A DNA stretch of 64,000 bases from Candidatus Limnocylindrales bacterium (GTDB lineage: Bacteria; Chloroflexota; Limnocylindria; Limnocylindrales; CSP1-4): assembly GCA_035688805.1 (NCBI GenBank), contig DASSMQ010000006.1, positions 15,012 through 79,011 of the forward strand. The letters run 5' to 3'. The position numbers and the translations under genes were made by a program. Under the pieces are notes generated by a model. The model had not been told where the DNA came from and did not search any database. It was given only the letters and a program-made list of their open reading frames with translations. Positions 38,559 to 45,569 of the stretch are shown here, piece by piece; position 1 is the stretch's first letter, and each line of letters opens with the position of its first letter.

Positions 38559-40240
38559 GAGCGGTGACGCAGGAGCCGACCCGTTCGAACCCCCGTCTCG
38601 CGCCCAGCCCGGACCGCCAGGCGGCCGTTGACGACGACGTGCGGGATCCCCACCGGATAGCGAGCCGGATCGTCGTACGTGGCAGCGTCGACCACCGTCG
38701 CCGGGTCGAACGCGACGAGGTCAGCGAACGCACCCTCGCGGACGACCCCCCGATCCCGGAGCCCGAGCCGTGCGGCCGGCACACTCGTCAGCTTCGCGAT
38801 CGCCGTCTCCAGCGCGAGCGTCTCCCGGTCGCGTACGTAGGTCCCGAGGACCCGCGCGGTCGAACCGTAGGTGCGCGGATGCGGTCGTCCGGAATCCAGG
38901 ATCGGATGGCCGGGTCGCCGGCCGGCCGCGTCGGTGCACACCGCGATCCATGGGACGGCCATGATCGCCTCGACGTCCGGATCGGCCATGCAGTCGATGA
39001 CGACGTCCACGTCCAGCCGATCGTCGATCAGCGCGTCGACCGCGAGGTCCCCCGGGTCCGCCCCCATCTCGGCACCGAGATCGGCGAGTGATCGTCCCTC
39101 CCAGTCTGGATGGCCCGCCGCCGCCGAGATGCGGATGCCCGACCAACCGGGGTCACGCACGACGTTCGGCCAGCTCGAGATGCCCCGCGCCATCTCGGCC
39201 ATCGCCAGATCACGGACCTCATGATCAGCCAGTGCGGCGACGCACCCTTCGATCCCAAGACCCAGCAGCGCCGGCGGCAGGATGACCGCGAGCGTCGTCG
39301 ATGCCGCGGTGTAGGGGTACTGGTCCGCGGCGACGTCCAGTCCCTCGGACCGGGCCGTCTCGAGCACGGCGATGGCGTCCCCCGCCCGGCCCCAGACTGC
39401 CCGCGAGGCGCACTTCAGGTGGGACACCTGCAGCCGCGGGTCCGCCACCCCGCCATCGCGGGCGGCGCGAACGGTTCCGATCGCCTCGGCCAGCGCGCCG
39501 AACAGCCCGTCGGCTTCATCGCGGAGGTGGGTCGCGTAGAGGCCATCACGTCGCGTAGCGGACGTCACGAGCGCCTCGACCTCCGATGCGTCGGCGTGGA
39601 GGCCAGGTGCGTAGATGAGCCCACTCGACAGACCGAGGGCGCCAGCATCCATCGCCGAGTCGACCTCGCGGACCATGGCATGTCGCTCCAGATCGGTCGC
39701 CCGGCGCGCCTCGGAGCCCATCACAGACGCGCGGACCGTGCCATGCCCGATGAGGCTCGCGACATTGATGCCGAGGGGCGTCGACTCGACCGCATCAAGG
39801 TACTCGGCGAAGGTGCGCCAGCGCGCGACGAGGCCGTTCGGACGCAGAGCCAGCTCGACGATCTCTCGGCCGAGGTCACTGATCGGTGCCAGCGAATCGC
39901 CACAATTCCCGGACAGCTGCGTCGTGAACCCCTGGTGCAGATGACTGGCCAGGCCGCCGTCGACGAAGAGCGTGCCGTCGGAGTGGCCGTGCGGGTCGAT
40001 GAACCCGGGTGTCACGGCCAGGCCCGCTGCGTCGATGGTTTCGGCGACGGCCGCATCCTCCACGGCCCGCAGGTCGCCGACCGCCAGGATCCGATCGCCC
40101 AGGACGCCGACATCGGCGCGCCGCCCGATGCTGCCGGTGCCATCGATGACGGTCCCGCCACGGATCAACAGGTCGAACTCGGTCACCCGGGGATGATGCC
40201 ATCCGCGACTCCGGACGCGGCCGTGACTCGGGAGCGTCAC
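38555..40240 (-). CDS. N-acyl-D-amino-acid deacylase (D-aminoacylase, amidohydrolase superfamily)
   Basis: DLLIRGGTVIDGTG...TPGFIDPHGHSD metal-binding motif and a long D-aminoacylase-like body; GTG start. Confidence 0.7.
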   Translation of the reverse strand: MTLPSHGRVRSRGWHHPRVTEFDLLIRGGTVIDGTGSIGRRADVGVLGDRILAVGDLRAVEDAAVAETIDAAGLAVTPGFIDPHGHSDGTLFVDGGLASHLHQGFTTQLSGNCGDSLAPISDLGREIVELALRPNGLVARWRTFAEYLDAVESTPLGINVASLIGHGTVRASVMGSEARRATDLERHAMVREVDSAMDAGALGLSSGLIYAPGLHADASEVEALVTSATRRDGLYATHLRDEADGLFGALAEAIGTVRAARDGGVADPRLQVSHLKCASRAVWGRAGDAIAVLETARSEGLDVAADQYPYTAASTTLAVILPPALLGLGIEGCVAALADHEVRDLAMAEMARGISSWPNVVRDPGWSGIRISAAAGHPDWEGRSLADLGAEMGADPGDLAVDALIDDRLDVDVVIDCMADPDVEAIMAVPWIAVCTDAAGRRPGHPILDSGRPHPRTYGSTARVLGTYVRDRETLALETAIAKLTSVPAARLGLRDRGVVREGAFADLVAFDPATVVDAATYDDPARYPVGIPHVVVNGRLAVRAGRETGVRTGRLLRHRS

Positions 40241-40268
40241 AGGTCATTTGGTACACTGCCCGTCCCGT

Positions 40269-40341
40269 GGGGCTATAGCTCAGCTGGAAGAGCACCTGCA
40301 TGGCATGCAGGGGGTCCGGGGTTCGAATCCCCGTAGCTCCA
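40269..40341 (+). tRNA. tRNA-Ala (anticodon GGC), CCA not encoded
   Basis: GGGGCTA/TAGCTCC acceptor with G3:U70; anticodon loop ATGGCAT; T-loop GGTTCGAATCC; discriminator A followed by cta. Confidence 0.85.
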
Positions 40342-40426
40342 CTAGACCGACGAGACCGCCGATCCTCACCCCTCGCCGACGGCGGGGGGTGATGCGTATG
40401 GGCGGCCCGATCAGAGGCCCGCCGTC

Positions 40427-43006
40427 GTGACCGACACCGCCGACACCACCGAGACCGCAGACAGGACCCCGGGTCGAACGAGGGTCGAACGCTACGACCC
40501 GACTGCCATCGAGCCGCGCTGGCAGGCTCGCTGGGCGGAGCTCGGCCTGCATGACACTGACCTGCAGGAGACGTCCCGGCCGAAGTACTACCTGCTGACG
40601 ATGTACCCGTATCCATCCGGGGACCTGCACATCGGGCACTGGTACATCGTGACGCCGAGTGACGCGCTGGCTCGCTTCCGGCGGATGCACGGCTACAACG
40701 TGTTCTTCCCCATCGGCTTCGATGCATTCGGGTTGCCCGCGGAGAACGCCGCGATCAAGAACGGCGGCCACCCGTTCACCTGGACGATGAAGAACATCGA
40801 GAACATGCGCCGCCAGTTCCGAACGATGGGTGCGACGTTCAGCTGGAAACACGAGGTCGTCACCGCCGACCCGGCCTACTACCGCTGGAACCAGTGGCTG
40901 TTCCTGCGCTTCCTGGAGCGCGGCCTGGCCTACCGCCAGCGCTCGGCGGTCGACTGGTGCCCGAACGACGGCACGCTGGCTCGCGAGCAGGTCGAGGGGC
41001 CGGAGCGCCGATGCTGGCGCTGCGGCGAGCTGGTCGAGAAGCGCGACCTGGATCAGTGGTACCTGAAGACGACGGCCTACGCGGACGAGCTGCTGTCGTT
41101 CGACGGCATCGATTGGCCTGAGCCGATCAAGATCCAGCAGACCAACTGGATCGGTCGATCCGAGGGCGCGCAGATCGATTTCGAGACGGCCCCGACCGAT
41201 CACCACGAGGGCGGCGCGTCCATCCGCGTCTTCACGACCCGACCCGACACCCTGTTCGGCGCCACGTTCATGGTCCTGGCGCCCGAGCACCCGCTCGTGA
41301 CGGAGCTGACCGCGCCCGGGCGCCGCGCCGAGGTCGATGCGTACGTGGCCCAGGCCCGGCGCCGCACCGAGATCGATCGCTTGTCGACCGATCGCGAGAA
41401 GACCGGGGTAGCGATCGGGGCCGACGCGATCAACCCGGTCAACGGCGAGCGGATCCCGATCTTCATCGCGGACTACGTGCTGGCCGGCTACGGCACGGGC
41501 GCGATCATGGCCGTGCCCGCACATGACGAGCGCGATTTCGCGTTGGCCACGGCCTTCGGGCTGCCGATCCGGCGGGTCGTCGCGGCACCCGGTACCGAGG
41601 CCGGCGATCCGATGTCCGATGCCTATGTCGCCCATGCGGCCGACGAGCGGCTGGTCAACAGCGGTCGCTACGACGGCATGGGCGCGGACGATGGTGGGCG
41701 CGCCATCGTGGCGGCCCTGGCCGAGCGTGGCGCCGCCGAACCGACGGTCACCTACCGTCTTCGCGACTGGCTGATCAGCCGCCAGCGCTACTGGGGGACG
41801 CCGATCCCGGTCATCTACTGCGAGCGCGACGGCATCGTCCCGGTCCCGGACGAGGACCTGCCGGTCCTGTTACCCGAGACGGTCGACTACCGCGGCCGTG
41901 GCGACAATCCGCTGAACCACGATGCGGCGTTCCTGCGGGTCACGTGTCCACGCTGTGGTGAGGCGGCGCGGCGCGAGACCGACACGATGGACACCTTCGT
42001 CGACTCATCGTGGTACTGGTTCCGCTACCTGTCGCCGGACCGGACCGACGGGCCGGTGGATCGAGCCATGACCGACGCGTGGACCCCGGTCGACCAGTAC
42101 ACGGGCGGCGCCGAGCACGCCGTCATGCACCTGCTGTATGCCCGCTTCTGGACGAAGGCGATGCGGGACTGCGGCCTGATCGGCGAGGACGAGCCGTTCC
42201 GCCGGCTGTTCAACCAGGGCCAGATCCTGGGCGCCGACGGCGAGCGCATGTCGAAGTCGCGTGGCAATGTGGAGGACCCCGATGAGCTGGTCGGCCGGTT
42301 CGGGGCGGACACGGTCCGGCTGTTCCTGATGTTCATGGGTCCGTGGGACCAGGGCGGCCCGTGGAGCCCAACGGGCATCGGCGGGGTCCACCGTTTCCTG
42401 AATCGGGTCTGGACGCTGGCGCTCGATCCGCACGGACGTGAGCACGGCGACCCCGACGCTGGGCACCTGCCGGTCGGCGAATCGGCAGCGGACGCCGCGG
42501 CCGCCATCCGGGCTGCCGCGCATCGCACGCTGCGCGACGTGACCGAGGACTACGACGGGTTCCGGTTCAACACGATGGTCGCCAAGCTGATGGAGCTCGC
42601 GAACACCCTCTATCGCTATCGCGGGACCGAGGCGGCCGGCGACACCGAGTGGGACGAGGCCATCCGCTTGCTGCTGCTGATGCTGGCCCCGGCCGCACCG
42701 CACATCACCGAGGAGATCTGGTCGAGGCAGGCGACCGGCGCGGGCCGTCCCTGGACCTCGATCCACGAGGAGTCGTGGCCGATCGTCGATGAACGGGCCA
42801 TCGCCGTCTCGGTCCATGAGATCCCGGTGCAGATCAACGGCAAGCTCCGCGACCGCGTGGTCGTGGCGACCGGCGCCGACCAGGCGACGATCGAGGCCGC
42901 GGTCCTGGCCAGCCCGAAGGTCCAGGCGGCATTGGCCGGCCGGACGCCGGACCGGATCATCCACGCCGGCGGCAAGCTCGTGAACCTGGTCGTTCGCGGC
43001 GCCTGA
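40427..43006 (+). CDS. leuS: leucine--tRNA ligase
   Basis: HIGH motif in PYPSGDLHIGHWYIVTP; a KMSKS motif (RMSKSRGN); CP1 editing domain; 859 aa; GTG start. Confidence 0.95.
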   Translation: MTDTADTTETADRTPGRTRVERYDPTAIEPRWQARWAELGLHDTDLQETSRPKYYLLTMYPYPSGDLHIGHWYIVTPSDALARFRRMHGYNVFFPIGFDAFGLPAENAAIKNGGHPFTWTMKNIENMRRQFRTMGATFSWKHEVVTADPAYYRWNQWLFLRFLERGLAYRQRSAVDWCPNDGTLAREQVEGPERRCWRCGELVEKRDLDQWYLKTTAYADELLSFDGIDWPEPIKIQQTNWIGRSEGAQIDFETAPTDHHEGGASIRVFTTRPDTLFGATFMVLAPEHPLVTELTAPGRRAEVDAYVAQARRRTEIDRLSTDREKTGVAIGADAINPVNGERIPIFIADYVLAGYGTGAIMAVPAHDERDFALATAFGLPIRRVVAAPGTEAGDPMSDAYVAHAADERLVNSGRYDGMGADDGGRAIVAALAERGAAEPTVTYRLRDWLISRQRYWGTPIPVIYCERDGIVPVPDEDLPVLLPETVDYRGRGDNPLNHDAAFLRVTCPRCGEAARRETDTMDTFVDSSWYWFRYLSPDRTDGPVDRAMTDAWTPVDQYTGGAEHAVMHLLYARFWTKAMRDCGLIGEDEPFRRLFNQGQILGADGERMSKSRGNVEDPDELVGRFGADTVRLFLMFMGPWDQGGPWSPTGIGGVHRFLNRVWTLALDPHGREHGDPDAGHLPVGESAADAAAAIRAAAHRTLRDVTEDYDGFRFNTMVAKLMELANTLYRYRGTEAAGDTEWDEAIRLLLLMLAPAAPHITEEIWSRQATGAGRPWTSIHEESWPIVDERAIAVSVHEIPVQINGKLRDRVVVATGADQATIEAAVLASPKVQAALAGRTPDRIIHAGGKLVNLVVRGA

Positions 43007-43021
43007 TCTTCGGGCGTCGGG

Positions 43022-43702
43022 TCAGTCGAGCAGCGGCTCGCCGACAGCGGCGGCCGGGGCGACCGTCTTCGATCTGGCCCGATGGCGCGCCGCTTTGGCC
43101 CGATTGCCGCAGGTCGCCATGTCGCACCAGCGCCGACGCACCGTCCGCGAGGTGTCGTAGAAGACCCATCGGCAGCGGTCGTTGTCGCACACCTTGATGC
43201 GCTCTGGCTGACCGGCCGTCAGCTCCGTCACGAGGGGGTCGCACAGCCGGGCAAGGGCGTCATCGACCGGGTCCCCGACATGGCGGTGATCGACCGCGAC
43301 GCAGCCGTCGGACGAGGGCACGAGCTCGATGACCTGGCGGGCGTGCAGGGCCCGATTGACCGTATCGAGCGCCCCTTCACGCGGGGGTCGATGGTCGACG
43401 ATGGCGTCGGCCACTTCGCGGAGGGCGCCCCGGACCGAATGGATCCGGGCGAGATCACGGGTCGCCCCGCCCGGGTCGACGTCGGCCTGCACGCGCAGGC
43501 GATCAGCGCCCTCGCCGTGGATCACGCCGCGCTCCACGAACCAGGTCAAGGCCGCGTCGAGGGTCGGTAATCCCTCGACCGGGAGACCGTTCTCGAGGTC
43601 GTCGGTGTTCAGGAAATCGAAGGTGTCCTCGATCCGCACCTCATGGGCGTGGTGACCGCGGTCGGGATACAGGATGGTCGGCGTCGTCATGTCGATAACC
43701 AC
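43022..43702 (-). CDS. ABATE-domain / CGNR zinc-finger protein (putative stress-responsive regulator)
   Basis: C-terminal CDNDRCRWVFYDTSRTVRRRWCDMATCGNRAKAARHR matches the CGNR zinc finger; GTG start. Confidence 0.75.
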   Translation of the reverse strand: MVIDMTTPTILYPDRGHHAHEVRIEDTFDFLNTDDLENGLPVEGLPTLDAALTWFVERGVIHGEGADRLRVQADVDPGGATRDLARIHSVRGALREVADAIVDHRPPREGALDTVNRALHARQVIELVPSSDGCVAVDHRHVGDPVDDALARLCDPLVTELTAGQPERIKVCDNDRCRWVFYDTSRTVRRRWCDMATCGNRAKAARHRARSKTVAPAAAVGEPLLD

Positions 43703-43712
43703 TTTAGACCTG

Positions 43713-43741
43713 TTGACAGGTTACGCGCAAGAGGGTACAGT
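43713..43741 (+). promoter_or_regulatory. near-consensus sigma-70-type promoter (TTGACA-17 bp-TACAGT) flanked by three GGTTAC/GTAACC hexamers
   Basis: Read directly in the AT-richer intergenic region between the divergent CGNR gene and the small peptide gene. The hexamers are at 43719, 43748 (rc) and 43772. Confidence 0.5.
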
Positions 43742-43798
43742 TCACGAGTAACCGATAAGACACCAAAGACAGGTTACAAGACTCACAGGAGGCCGACC

Positions 43799-43915
43799 AT
43801 GGAAACCATCATCTTGCTCCTGGTCATGGTCATCGGTTTCGCCACCCTCGGCCTGGCCTCCATCCGATTCGGAACGGACTCCCGGGACCGATTGCCCGAC
43901 AGCCACGTCCGTTGA
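43799..43915 (+). CDS. small membrane peptide, 38 aa (single TM)
   Basis: METIILLLVMVIGFATLGLASIRFGTDSRDRLPDSHVR, with an AGGAGG RBS 7 nt upstream and the promoter above. Confidence 0.55.
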   Translation: METIILLLVMVIGFATLGLASIRFGTDSRDRLPDSHVR

Positions 43916-43941
43916 GTCGATCACCAACCCCGGAGGTTCCT

Positions 43942-44178
43942 GTGCATTCCTATTACGCCCTTCTCGCCCTTGATCTCGCGAACGATCGCGTGCAGGCGGC
44001 CGAGCACGAGCGGCTGGCCTCGCTGGCCCGCTCCGGTCGTCCGGCTCGACCCTCGATCGTGCGACGCGGCCTGGCGCATGGCACGGCTGCGATCAGCCGC
44101 ACCGCCGCGGCTGCGACCCGTCGACTCGACGATTGCGTCGCGGACGATCTCGGTCGGAGCCTGGCCCTAGCGGACTAG
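43942..44178 (+). CDS. hypothetical small protein, about 78 aa
   Basis: GTG start with a GGAGG 7 nt upstream: MHSYYALLALDLANDRVQAAEHERLASLARSGRP... A TTG alternative at 43912 overlaps the peptide stop. Confidence 0.45.
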   Translation: MHSYYALLALDLANDRVQAAEHERLASLARSGRPARPSIVRRGLAHGTAAISRTAAAATRRLDDCVADDLGRSLALAD

Positions 44179-44270
44179 CCTCTCCGCCGAACCGACGAAC
44201 GACCGAGCGCCTGCCCTTCCGGCAGGCGCTCTTCGATTCCCGGTGCCGCGACACGCTAGGCTGGTCGACC

Positions 44271-44684
44271 ATGACCACTGACCTCCGCTCCCCGTCGACG
44301 TGCGCGGTGTCGTGGGGCCCGCACCGGATCGACCTCTTCACCGTCAGCGACGACCGCCACCTCGTCCATCGAGCCTTCCGGGACGGTCAGTGGTCAGAGG
44401 AGACGGACCTCGGCGGGCGGTTGGCGTCGGCGCCCGCCGCGACGGCCTGGGCCGTCGACCAGCTCGAAGTCTTCGCGATCCTCGACGACGGCCAGCTCTG
44501 GAACCGGTTCTGGGACGGGACGTCATGGCACGACTGGGAATCGATGGGCGGGGAGTTGACCGGGACGCCGACGGCGTCGTCCTGGGGTGCGGACCGGATC
44601 GACGTGTTTGCCCCGGGCCGGGACGGACGGGTGTGGCATCGCTGGTGGGACGGCGTTCGCTGGGTCGATTGGGAGCAGCTCTGA
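44271..44684 (+). CDS. PLL/tachylectin-like (DUF346-type) beta-propeller blade repeat protein, 3 repeats
   Basis: Three ~45-aa repeats share the pattern SWG..RIDVF....DG.LWHR.WDG..W.DWE..GG. Confidence 0.5.
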   Translation: MTTDLRSPSTCAVSWGPHRIDLFTVSDDRHLVHRAFRDGQWSEETDLGGRLASAPAATAWAVDQLEVFAILDDGQLWNRFWDGTSWHDWESMGGELTGTPTASSWGADRIDVFAPGRDGRVWHRWWDGVRWVDWEQL

Positions 44685-44765
44685 TCTCCCGCGCCGATGG
44701 CGCCAGATAAGTCGCAGCTAAGCGCTCGTCCGTAAGGTCCGCCCAGACGTCTCGCCGCGTCGGAA

Positions 44766-45569
44766 GTGCCCCCGACCTTGGCGAGACGTCAGACTCCCTG
44801 GCGCTCCCGGGTCGGTCCGCCCGCCGCGGAGGCGTCCTTGGAACCGACCGCGAGCCCACCTTGGCGCGTGCTCGACACGACGCCTGTCGACACCACGCCA
44901 GGGAGCACGCCCACCGCCACGTCCGGTGATCCGGCACGTCCCTCCGGTGCGATCGCCGTCAGGGTCGGCATCATCGCCGCGGCCACGATCGCGATCGCGG
45001 CCATCGCGATCGTGCTGGCCGGCACGACCGATGGGGGGACGGTCCGGGTCGATGGCGACTCGGTCGGTGGCACCGAAGCCACGGCGGATCTCGGGCAGCC
45101 GGGCTCGAGCGGCGCGAACCTGTCCAACGCCCTGGTCGTCGAGATCGTGGGGGCGGTGGCCAAGCCCGGTGTCTATCGCCTGGAGCGTGGGGCCCGCGTC
45201 GGCGACCTGCTCCGCGCCGCCGGCGGATACGGCCCGCGGGTCGATACCGCGCGGTTGGCGTCGGAACTCAACCTCGCGGCCGAACTGACCGACGGCGGCC
45301 ACATCCGCATCCCGTCCCGAGACGATCCCGCAGGAACGGCTGGGCCCCATGACGCGTCCGGCGGCGCATCGGCCGGCGCACTCGTCGACCTGAACCGGGC
45401 GACCCAGGCCGGATTGGAGGCACTCCCTGGGGTCGGGCCGGCGACGGCGACCAAGATCATCACCGCCCGCGAGGAAGCACCGTTCACGTCCGTCGACGAA
45501 CTGCGGTCGCGCGGCATCCTGGGCGAGAAGACGTTCGCCAAGCTGCGCGACCTGGTCACCGCGGGTTGA
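44766..45569 (+). CDS. comEA: competence protein ComEA (membrane-anchored SLBB + helix-hairpin-helix DNA-binding)
   Basis: A TM anchor followed by an SLBB domain; C-terminal HhH LNRATQAGLEALPGVGPATATKIITAREEAPFTSVDEL. Confidence 0.85.
   Translation: MPPTLARRQTPWRSRVGPPAAEASLEPTASPPWRVLDTTPVDTTPGSTPTATSGDPARPSGAIAVRVGIIAAATIAIAAIAIVLAGTTDGGTVRVDGDSVGGTEATADLGQPGSSGANLSNALVVEIVGAVAKPGVYRLERGARVGDLLRAAGGYGPRVDTARLASELNLAAELTDGGHIRIPSRDDPAGTAGPHDASGGASAGALVDLNRATQAGLEALPGVGPATATKIITAREEAPFTSVDELRSRGILGEKTFAKLRDLVTAG

Noticed and set aside
40248-40430. 60-aa plus-strand ORF MVHCPSRGAIAQLEEHL…
   Set aside because: It is a translation through tRNA-Ala(GGC) and the leuS leader, not a protein-coding gene.
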